Assembly (NCBI GenBank): GCA_051362555.1
Contig: CM120646.1
Coordinates: forward strand, 24,212,142-24,276,141
DNA length: 64,000 bases
Reading direction: 5' to 3'
Origin: Lingula anatina
Lineage: Eukaryota > Animalia > Brachiopoda
The notes beneath the pieces were generated by a model that did no database searches, was not told where the DNA came from, and saw only the letters and a list, made by a program, of their open reading frames with translations. Positions 48,201-57,100 of this stretch are shown here, piece after piece. How positions within the stretch are numbered: the stretch's first letter is position 1; the number at the start of each line of letters is the position of its first letter. The position numbers and the translations under genes are program-made.

Positions 48201-50741
48201 CCCTTACATAGGTCATAGACTGGTCTAATAATATAGCTGGATCAATATGACATATCACTATTATCAGCCCTTACATAGGTCATAGACTGGTCTAATAATA
48301 TAGCTGGATCAATATGACATATCACTATTATCAGCCCTTACATAGGTCATAGACTGGTCTAATAATATAGCTGGATCAATATGACATATCACTATTATCA
48401 GCCCTTACATAGGTCATAGACTGGTCTAATAATATAGCTGGATCAATATGACATATCACTATTATCAGCCCTTACATAGGTCATAGACTGGTCTAATAAT
48501 ATAGCTGGATCAATATGACATATCACTATTATCAGCCCTTACATAGGTCATAGACTGGTCTAATAATATAGCTGGATCAATATGGCATATCACTATTATC
48601 AGCCCTTACATAGGTCATAGACTGGTCTAATAATATAGCTGGATCAATATGACATATCACTATTATCAGCCCTTACATAGGTCATAGACTGGTCTAATAA
48701 TATAGCTGGATCAATATGACATATCACTATTATCAGCCCTTACATAGGTCATAGACTGGTCTAATAATATAGCTGGATAAATATGACATATCACTATTAT
48801 CAGCCCTTACATAGGTCATAGACTGGTCTAATAATATAGCTGGATAAATATGACATATCACTATTATCAGCCCTTACATAGGTCATAGACTGGTCTAATA
48901 ATATAGCTGGATAAATATGACATATCACTATTATCAGCCCTTACATAGGTCATAGACTGGTCTAATAATATAGCTGGATAAATATGACATATCACTATTA
49001 TCAGCCCTTACATAGGTCATAGACTGGTCTAATAATATAGCTGGATAAATATGACATATCACTATTATCAGCCCTTACATAGGTCATAGACTGGTCTAAT
49101 AATATAGCTGGATAAATATGGCATATCACTATTATCAGCCCTTACATAGGTCATAGACTGGTCTAATAATATAGCTGGATCAATATGGCATATCACTATT
49201 ATCAGCCCTTACATAGGTCATAGACTGGTCTAATAATATAGCTGGATAAATATGACATATCACTATTATCAGCCCTTACATAGGTCATAGACTGGTCTAA
49301 TAATATAGCTGGATAAGTACAGGGTGAATATCTATCAAATTTCAAGAAACTTCCTGGGCATAAACTTCAATATGTGCATGAACTTTCCTCAAAGTTACAA
49401 TTTTCTTAGTTGCTTTGCATAAAAACTATGATCTTTTTAAAAATATGCTCCAAATTGCCTCCATGGCATTAGGGGCCACTTGCAATTACTGGAACACAAT
49501 GCTTCTGTGAGATTTCCCAGATTGTTGCTATGGTTTCTGCCCACAGTTCACCCATCATTTGAAGGTTGGTCTGGTACACTTTATCCTTGAGATACCCCCA
49601 CAGAAAATATTGGGGGTCGTTCAAGTCTGGTGAATGCTGTGCCCACTCAACATCACATTTCCTGCTGATTAGTCTCTCCTAAAATCACTATTTGGCAGTG
49701 CTGAGAAAGTTTTGGACATCACTGGGATGATTCAGAGGGATAAATCAAGATGGACAGTGGTTCCAGCAAGACAGGGCCACCCCCACACATCAAATGACTC
49801 CCTAGCCTGACTGAGAGAGGGGTTTCAGGAGTGACTGATCAGCAGAAAGTAGATAACCACTATTGATATTTAGGCTTTAGGTTAAAGTAAAAGTTTTAAT
49901 ACAAATACCTAGTCGGACATGTCAATAGTCTAGAGAAATATTTGGCCTGCTGGGGGCACCAGTGTTTGACTTACACCTCTTCTGTACTTCTTTTTCTAGA
50001 CAAATACTTCTTTTTACTTCTTTTTCCAGACAAACACCTCTTTTATATTTTTTAAATCAGGCAAACACTTGTCCTATACTGCTATTTCCAGACAAAAAGA
50101 AACTATTCAAAGCTGATCCACAACTAGAGGAACTGAAGCAACTGCGGCACAAACTGTTCCAAGCAGAGAAGAAGGTGGAATTCTTGCTGAGCTGGTGCCT
50201 GGCCTTTGGTTCATGTGTCCAGGAGCTGGTGGCACCTTTATCACTTGAACAAGGTGAAACTTGCATAATACACTAATGTATACAGCTCGTATAACTACAG
50301 AATTATATTCAGGTCATATAACTGCAGTGATGTATTCAGGTCGTATAACTACAGTAATGTATTCAGGTCATATAACTACAGTAATGTATTCAAGTCATAT
50401 AACTGCAGTAATGTATCCATTATAAACACAGTAATATATTCATGCATTATAAAGTTATGATAATAATAATGTATTTATAGCAGCTAAAATGAGTTGGATT
50501 GTACATGGTTCATAGCAAGTTGTTGTTGATAAGCCTGATATATCCTTTCAGAAACTAAATCATCCAACAACAACAGACTTCTTGTTCAAATATAAACATT
50601 TTTTTTCTTGTTTGTTTTTCAGCAAACTTAGCTGTGGAAGATGAGACCCACAATGTGTGCAAATCACATCTAGAAAAACATTGGGGTGGGAGCCAGCCAC
50701 CACGGAATAAGAAGAAAAAGTTGATAGAAGAACTCTCTTGA
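42222..50741 (+). CDS. ZNHIT2: Zinc finger HIT domain-containing protein 2 (spliced gene model, ~406 aa)
   Basis: Exons: 42222-42268, 43089-43238, 43553-43629, 43983-44054, 44590-44714, 45508-45600, 45839-45955, 46802-46894, 47394-47559, 50092-50253, 50623-50741; 1221 nt, GT-AG, phases consistent. Motifs: zf-HIT CRVC...YICPRCHLQYCSVTCYRSPHHENCSESFYRDCV, LADRIQGLDL, IWEKLT..EKQEF, WDPWW, SYAYVARLHNGD, KKVEFLLSW and a C-terminal KLIEELS. Confidence 0.9.
43089..43238 (+). CDS. ZNHIT2: ZNHIT2 exon 2 (zf-HIT)
   Basis: CLKTVSKYICPRCHLQYCSVTCYRSPHHENCSESFYRDCVMEGLKDYGS. Confidence 0.92.
43553..43629 (+). CDS. ZNHIT2: ZNHIT2 exon 3
   Basis: KEDKLKVRDMLQRLNTDQLGDGEDH; donor G|GTAAGA, duplicated at 43692. 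Confidence 0.85.
43983..44054 (+). CDS. ZNHIT2: ZNHIT2 exon 4
   Basis: ESEDNEDEAEEFPSLADRIQGLDL; G|GTAAGT. Confidence 0.87.
44031..44338. repeat. Tandem repeat, 32-bp unit, ~10 copies, containing the ZNHIT2 exon 4 donor
   Basis: atagaatccaaggtttggacttag|gtaagcaa. Confidence 0.95.
44590..44714 (+). CDS. ZNHIT2: ZNHIT2 exon 5
   Basis: DKDTEKIWEKLTQWEKQEFEEMAKDGRLLNLVEQWDPWWNIK. Confidence 0.9.
44722..45210. repeat. Compound minisatellite (40-bp, then ~21-bp units) after the exon 5 donor
   Basis: gatgatgttctaccatataggacattggatttcactatag followed by acgttggtcttccatatagg-like units. Confidence 0.85.
45508..45600 (+). CDS. ZNHIT2: ZNHIT2 exon 6
   Basis: ESDLIEEDRISLRPALPKIAENIPQMTSLLP; |GTTAGT. 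Confidence 0.82.
45839..45955 (+). CDS. ZNHIT2: ZNHIT2 exon 7
   Basis: KGKVSECVKYSLVDILFSYAYVARLHNGDLEVSTQDCAQ. Confidence 0.88.
45929..46354. repeat. Tandem repeat, 43-bp unit, ~10 copies, containing the ZNHIT2 exon 7 donor
   Basis: agaagtatctacacaggattgtactcag|gtcagtattcatcat. Confidence 0.95.
46418..46525 (+). mobile_element. MITE family 2 fragment
   Basis: ccctggggagtctcacta...gcttaaatgtct.tc.cgcctac is shared with 22530-22590. Confidence 0.65.
46802..46894 (+). CDS. ZNHIT2: ZNHIT2 exon 8
   Basis: EILSLSPSLNESQNYPNAVEALHGCLQCLQE; |GTATGT. Confidence 0.85.
47116..47432. repeat. Tandem repeat, 81-bp unit, 4 copies, containing the ZNHIT2 exon 9 acceptor
   Basis: ...gctgacaacattctgttatctttcag|agagcaaatg at 47151, 47232, 47313 and 47394. 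Confidence 0.93.
47394..47559 (+). CDS. ZNHIT2: ZNHIT2 exon 9
   Basis: RANDLFVSQSYSIGIVEDVQKILVGPSRFRAQAYVMAALSHVLQLLQLGGKAVNR. Confidence 0.85.
47568..49316. repeat. Minisatellite, 67-bp unit, ~26 copies, starting just after the exon 9 donor
   Basis: catatcactattatcagcccttacataggtcatagactggtctaataatatagctggat(c/a)aatatg(a/g). Confidence 0.96.
49320..49850. mobile_element. Degenerate Tc1/mariner transposon remnant with an internal inversion
   Basis: TA|CAGGGTG end at 49318. The minus strand encodes LISRKCDVEWAQHSPDLNDPQYFLWGYLKDKVY...GGNLEHIF. The plus strand at 49758-49850 encodes WFQQDRATP../..LISRK with stops and a frameshift. Confidence 0.85.
50092..50253 (+). CDS. ZNHIT2: ZNHIT2 exon 10
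   Basis: DKKKLFKADPQLEELKQLRHKLFQAEKKVEFLLSWCLAFGSCVQELVAPLSLEQ. Confidence 0.87.
50623..50741 (+). CDS. ZNHIT2: ZNHIT2 exon 11 (last coding exon)
   Basis: ANLAVEDETHNVCKSHLEKHWGGSQPPRNKKKKLIEELS*. Confidence 0.88.
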
Positions 50742-50960
50742 CAAAAACTGTTGTGAAAAAAAATTATGTTAGCTACTGTAACAGTCAACTTCTAATAGTT
50801 GTAATGTGTTAATTGAAGGTGCGTTTTCACCTATAACAAATACACAAATAAGTACAAACAACACAGATGTGAGAACAAAATGTTAATGGGAGAATTGCAC
50901 TGATCATTCATCTTGGAGTTATTTATGGTATCAGGATAAACCCCTGCAAACAGAATGTTC

Positions 50961-51250
50961 ACTATCTTAGTCTGCTGGCTAGTCCTCTAGTCTACTATCT
51001 TAGTCTGCTGGCTAGTCCTCTAGTCTACTATCTTAGTCTGCTGGCTAGTCCTCTAGTCTACTATCTTAGTCTGCTGGCTAGTCCTCTAGTCTACTATCTT
51101 AGTCTGCTGGCTAGTCCTCTAGTCTACTATCTTAGTCTGCTGGCTAGTCCTCTAGTCTACTATCTTAGTCTGCTGGCTAGTCCTCTAGTCTACTATCTTA
51201 GTCTGCTGGCTAGTCCTCTAGTCTACTATCTTAGTCTGCTGGCTAATCCT
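50961..51250. repeat. Minisatellite, 33-bp unit, in the probable ZNHIT2 3' UTR
   Basis: actatcttagtctgctggctagtcctctagtct. Confidence 0.95.
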
Positions 51251-51357
51251 CAGAGATCTTGGAATATTGACTATTCTCAATACTGAAATTTCAAATCCAA
51301 CATTCGTCTGGGGCATGGCAGAATCTGCCTTTATAGAGACTTTATTTCCAGGAACAC

Positions 51358-51566
51358 AGGATCTACCCCCAAAACTTGTTTGTGCATAAGAGAAACTATT
51401 AATTAGCAGATACAAAGGATGTACCCCTCAAAACTTGTTTGTGCATAAGAGAAACTATTAATTAGCAGATACAAAGGATGTACCCCCAAAACTTGTTTGT
51501 GCATAAGAGAAACTATTAATTAGCAGATACAAAGGATGTACCCCCAAAACTTGTTTGTGCATAAGA
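51358..51566. repeat. Tandem repeat, ~59-bp unit, 3.5 copies
   Basis: aaaacttgtttgtgcataagagaaactattaattagcagatacaaaggatgtacccc. Confidence 0.9.
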
Positions 51567-51696
51567 TTACCTGGTGGAAGGTGTGTTATTACATAAAAAC
51601 AAAAGGTGAACATTTTACCTTGTAGAAGATGTTTAAATTTGAAGATGACCTTGTGGTGTTTCTTGTGTTACAGACAGGAAACTGTGTTGTTTGGAG

Positions 51697-51702
51697 AATA
51701 AA
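51697..51702 (+). terminator. Candidate polyadenylation signal of ZNHIT2
   Basis: AATAAA about 950 nt after the stop, just before the CpG-depleted sequence gives way to CpG-retaining sequence. Confidence 0.45.
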
Positions 51703-52236
51703 ATCATAGAAACTTAAACCAAGTGTGCATTTTACAAATTATTTTAGAAATTTATGAAACAATTCTAGAGAATGATTCTGTGACAAAGTTGCAAATTTAG
51801 AGAAAAGATTTTCTGAAAGATAAAGGATTCTGTAAGCATTTTTCAAAACTTACGGCGTGCAGCCCCTTGAGTTACAGTTTATATATTTATAAAAACATCC
51901 TTACGTCATGTCTAATTTACCATGACTGACTCACTACAAAATATATCGGAATGCAGTATTAAAATTAAATGACCCGGAACACACGTTACCATTTAGGGCT
52001 CTTTGCATAATGTAAAGGCATGGTAAAAATTAAAATTTGAATTTAAATTGAGACAGTTGTGGATTTTTGTTGTATTTCTATACTGTATATGCCTTAAAAA
52101 CTGAATTCAAGTTCGAATTAATTCAGTTTTATTTTTGACTCAACGTTGTTGTTAGGTCGTCGTGATGTAAGACATGAATCATAATTTAAAATATTAATTA
52201 TTGAAAACGTGATACTATGTTTATAAATATTAGTGT

Positions 52237-52437
52237 ATTAGAGACAACTCGTGTAGAACTACAGTCCTCGCTAGCGTACCGGATACACAATGGAATTAAG
52301 AGACAAAACTCGTGTAGAACTACAGTCCTCGCTAGCGTACCGGATACACAATGGAATTAAGAGACATAACTCGTGTAGAACTACAGTCCTCGCTAGTGTA
52401 CCGGATACACAATGGAATTAAGAGACATAACTAGTGT
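52237..52437. repeat. Subtelomeric tandem repeat, ~61-bp unit, 3 copies
   Basis: aactcgtgtagaactacagtcctcgctagcgtaccggatacacaatggaattaagagac. Confidence 0.9.
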
Positions 52438-52439
52438 AA

Positions 52440-52600
52440 GGCCGCATTCTCAACGAATTGAGCCAGGCTTTACAAATCTTGAGTACTAAAAATGGCGAAC
52501 GTACATGAAAGAAAAACCGCCTAATCTTTTAATAGTCTCTCCGCCTCTCACTCGCCTCCCCACACGTCGTCCCTGCGGGGTACAGTAATTAAATCTCGGC
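52440..52600 (+). mobile_element. Truncated copy of MITE family 1 (left arm plus spacer)
   Basis: Closely matches 14175-14335, e.g. gtacatgaaagaaaaa..gcctaatcttttaatagtctctccgcctctcac. Confidence 0.8.
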
Positions 52601-53475
52601 TGTAGTAGGCTTACATCGTTTCCCCCTCGATTTCTTTGGTTTGGGAGTTCGTAAGAATTTTTTGTTCGAAAATTGTTTGGTATAAATCAATATTCGAACT
52701 AAGTCCTGTGTTATTTATCAACTTATGGGAACTGTGGCGCAACATGTTTTTAGAAAAAGTTACTTCGCATGCCCTGACCAAGAAAAAAATCTTTAAATTT
52801 GGAGATGCGACAATGGATAGTAAGGGATAACTATCGAAGCGACAAAAAATCAACTGGTTTGAAAAATGTGTCTGTATTAAATACTTTAAACCCGTAAATG
52901 AAGTGACACCGAAGAAAAATATCCAAATCAGAGCCTGCATTTCGTTCACGTACGCCTGAAAAAGGTTTCATCGAAAAGAATTTGCCTCAGCGCGTAAAAA
53001 ACAGAACATCTGCAGACTGTTTATTTGAAATTATTCTAGTTTTTCGTCTCCTGTATGACAGTGTTAGCGAACAAAATTTGAGAGAGAAAGAGGATGATGT
53101 AAACCATTTTGTCAGATAAGTTTTATGGACTCATGTCCTTGTGTATCTGAAGTGTTTTAGTTCGTGTTGAAGGAGTGGATACAGTAGACTTAAGCCTCTT
53201 CTCTGCTCCAGTTGCCACTGCCATCTACCGGGGGCTGTGTTGGTTTAACACATATGACGCCCCTTGCAGGATGTGTAAAAGACAGCAGCTGGTCATCGCA
53301 CTTGGCTTTTTCAACGGGGCACCTGGCAAAAGTATAAAGACAACCATGTAGATACACACACAGGTAGCACTCACACCTATGTCAATGTAGTTGACTAGCA
53401 ATAAGAAATAATTATATGACACTTTATTGCTATGCATTCAGAGTAATGAACCCAATGGATCATCGGATAGAAAAA

Positions 53476-53683
53476 GATTGAGGTATAACCCACCTAGTCC
53501 TGTATACCTTGCCATCCGAACCACATAATATCACATCTCTAAACTGATTGAGGTATAACCCACCTAGTCCTGTATACCTTGCCATCCGAACCGCATAATA
53601 TCAAATCTCTAAACTTATTGAGGTATAACCCACCTAGTCCTGTATACCTTGCCATCCGAACCACATAATATCACATCCCTAAA
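53476..53683. repeat. Subtelomeric tandem repeat, ~70-bp unit, 3 copies
   Basis: attgaggtataacccacctagtcctgtataccttgccatccgaaccacataatatcacatctctaaact. Confidence 0.9.
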
Positions 53684-53887
53684 TGTTTGATTCCATATTT
53701 CCGGACAGTCTTCGCCCGCTTTTAACGACGTACAAAATTCAGAACAAACGGTTTTAGAGTTTCAGGCTTGCAAATTTTCCAGCGGCCTCCTATATCAGCA
53801 CCTGCACAACGGGATTTGTAGAACTCGCAACTGTGACAGAAATATGTAAAAGATAGCAAATACAAGCTTTATACTTGTCGGCATTAA

Positions 53888-54082
53888 GGCTTCGTTCACA
53901 TGCAATGTCTATTTTCTAAATTCTATTTTCTATTTGCGGCATGTCTTATGATCACGGTCTGTGCACTGAATATCCCGCCGCGTAATTACTGGCAGCGCGA
54001 GCCAGTTTACTATAGTAAATAAAATAGTGCACAGACCGTGATCATAAGATAGCGCGAATAGACATTGCATGTGAACGAAGCC
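53888..54082. mobile_element. MITE, PIF/Harbinger (Tourist)-like, abutting the telomere
   Basis: Perfect 26-bp TIRs GGCTTCGTTCACATGCAATGTCTATT / AATAGACATTGCATGTGAACGAAGCC. Internal 24-bp inverted repeat at 53944-53967 / 54026-54049. TAA on both sides (53885-53887 and 54083-54085). Confidence 0.85.
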
Positions 54083-54167
54083 TAAGGGTTTAGGGTTTAG
54101 GGGTTAGGGTTAGGGGTTAGGGTTAGGGTTAGGGTTAGGGTTAGGGTTAGGGTTAGGGTTAGGGTTA

Positions 54168-54198
<31 letters not shown>

Positions 54199-57100
54199 GG
54201 TTAGGGTTAGGGTTAGGGTTAGAGTTAGGGTTAGGGTTAGGGTTAGGGTTAGGGTTAGGGTTAGGGTTAGGGTTAGGGTTAGGGTTAGGGTTAGGGTTAG
54301 GGTTAGGGTTAGGGTTAGGGTTAGGGTTAGGGTTAGGGTTAGGGTTAGGGTTAGGGTTAGGGTTAGGGTTAGGGTTAGGGTTAGGGTTAGGGTTAGGGTT
54401 AGGGTTAGGGTTAGGGTTAGGGTTAGGGTTAGGGTTAGGGTTAGGGTTAGGGTTAGGGTTAGGGTTAGGGTTAGGGTTAGGGTTAGGGTTAGGGTTAGGG
54501 TTAGGGTTAGGGTTAGGGTTAGGGTTAGGGTTAGGGTTAGGGTTAGGGTTAGGGTTAGGGTTAGGGTTAGGGTTAGGGTTAGGGTTAGGGTTAGGGTTAG
54601 GGTTAGGGTTAGGGTTAGGGTTAGGGTTAGGGTTAGGGTTAGGGTTAGGGTTAGGGTTAGGGTTAGGGTTAGGGTTAGGGTTAGGGTTAGGGTTAGGGTT
54701 AGGGTTAGGGTTAGGGTTAGGGTTAGGGTTAGGGTTAGGGTTAGGGTTAGGGTTAGGGTTAGGGTTAGGGTTAGGGTTAGGGTTAGGGTTAGGGTTAGGG
54801 TTAGGGTTAGGGTTAGGGTTAGGGTTAGGGTTAGGGTTAGGGTTAGGGTTAGGGTTAGGGTTAGGGTTAGGGTTAGGGTTAGGGTTAGGGTTAGGGTTAG
54901 GGTTAGGGTTAGGGTTAGGGTTAGGGTTAGGGTTAGGGTTAGGGTTAGGGTTAGGGTTAGGGTTAGGGTTAGGGTTAGGGTTAGGGTTAGGGTTAGGGTT
55001 AGGGTTAGGGTTAGGGTTAGGGTTAGGGTTAGGGTTAGGGTTAGGGTTAGGGTTAGGGTTAGGGTTAGGGTTAGGGTTAGGGTTAGGGTTAGGGTTAGGG
55101 TTAGGGTTAGGGTTAGGGTTAGGGTTAGGGTTAGGGTTAGGGTTAGGGTTAGGGTTAGGGTTAGGGTTAGGGTTAGGGTTAGGGTTAGGGTTAGGGTTAG
55201 GGTTAGGGTTAGGGTTAGGGTTAGGGTTAGGGTTAGGGTTAGGGTTAGGGTTAGGGTTAGGGTTAGGGTTAGGGTTAGGGTTAGGGTTAGGGTTAGGGTT
55301 AGGGTTAGGGTTAGGGTTAGGGTTAGGGTTAGGGTTAGGGTTAGGGTTAGGGTTAGGGTTAGGGTTAGGGTTAGGGTTAGGGTTAGGGTTAGGGTTAGGG
55401 TTAGGGTTAGGGTTAGGGTTAGGGTTAGGGTTAGGGTTAGGGTTAGGGTTAGGGTTAGGGTTAGGGTTAGGGTTAGGGTTAGGGTTAGGGTTAGGGTTAG
55501 GGTTAGGGTTAGGGTTAGGGTTAGGGTTAGGGTTAGGGTTAGGGTTAGGGTTAGGGTTAGGGTTAGGGTTAGGGTTAGGGTTAGGGTTAGGGTTAGGGTT
55601 AGGGTTAGGGTTAGGGTTAGGGTTAGGGTTAGGGTTAGGGTTAGGGTTAGGGTTAGGGTTAGGGTTAGGGTTAGGGTTAGGGTTAGGGTTAGGGTTAGGG
55701 TTAGGGTTAGGGTTAGGGTTAGGGTTAGGGTTAGGGTTAGGGTTAGGGTTAGGGTTAGGGTTAGGGTTAGGGTTAGGGTTAGGGTTAGGGTTAGGGTTAG
55801 GGTTAGGGTTAGGGTTAGGGTTAGGGTTAGGGTTAGGGTTAGGGTTAGGGTTAGGGTTAGGGTTAGGGTTAGGGTTAGGGTTAGGGTTAGGGTTAGGGTT
55901 AGGGTTAGGGTTAGGGTTAGGGTTAGGGTTAGGGTTAGGGTTAGGGTTAGGGTTAGGGTTAGGGTTAGGGTTAGGGTTAGGGTTAGGGTTAGGGTTAGGG
56001 TTAGGGTTAGGGTTAGGGTTAGGGTTAGGGTTAGGGTTAGGGTTAGGGTTAGGGTTAGGGTTAGGGTTAGGGTTAGGGTTAGGGTTAGGGTTAGGGTTAG
56101 GGTTAGGGTTAGGGTTAGGGTTAGGGTTAGGGTTAGGGTTAGGGTTAGGGTTAGGGTTAGGGTTAGGGTTAGGGTTAGGGTTAGGGTTAGGGTTAGGGTT
56201 AGGGTTAGGGTTAGGGTTAGGGTTAGGGTTAGGGTTAGGGTTAGGGTTAGGGTTAGGGTTAGGGTTAGGGTTAGGGTTAGGGTTAGGGTTAGGGTTAGGG
56301 TTAGGGTTAGGGTTAGGGTTAGGGTTAGGGTTAGGGTTAGGGTTAGGGTTAGGGTTAGGGTTAGGGTTAGGGTTAGGGTTAGGGTTAGGGTTAGGGTTAG
56401 GGTTAGGGTTAGGGTTAGGGTTAGGGTTAGGGTTAGGGTTAGGGTTAGGGTTAGGGTTAGGGTTAGGGTTAGGGTTAGGGTTAGGGTTAGGGTTAGGGTT
56501 AGGGTTAGGGTTAGGGTTAGGGTTAGGGTTAGGGTTAGGGTTAGGGTTAGGGTTAGGGTTAGGGTTAGGGTTAGGGTTAGGGTTAGGGTTAGGGTTAGGG
56601 TTAGGGTTAGGGTTAGGGTTAGGGTTAGGGTTAGGGTTAGGGTTAGGGTTAGGGTTAGGGTTAGGGTTAGGGTTAGGGTTAGGGTTAGGGTTAGGGTTAG
56701 GGTTAGGGTTAGGGTTAGGGTTAGGGTTAGGGTTAGGGTTAGGGTTAGGGTTAGGGTTAGGGTTAGGGTTAGGGTTAGGGTTAGGGTTAGGGTTAGGGTT
56801 AGGGTTAGGGTTAGGGTTAGGGTTAGGGTTAGGGTTAGGGTTAGGGTTAGGGTTAGGGTTAGGGTTAGGGTTAGGGTTAGGGTTAGGGTTAGGGTTAGGG
56901 TTAGGGTTAGGGTTAGGGTTAGGGTTAGGGTTAGGGTTAGGGTTAGGGTTAGGGTTAGGGTTAGGGTTAGGGTTAGGGTTAGGGTTAGGGTTAGGGTTAG
57001 GGTTAGGGTTAGGGTTAGGGTTAGGGTTAGGGTTAGGGTTAGGGTTAGGGTTAGGGTTAGGGTTAGGGTTAGGGTTAGGGTTAGGGTTAGGGTTAGGGTT

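Noticed and set aside
52611-52949. 112-aa subtelomeric ORF
   Set aside because: GTG start, no recognisable domain or splice signals; length is compatible with chance.
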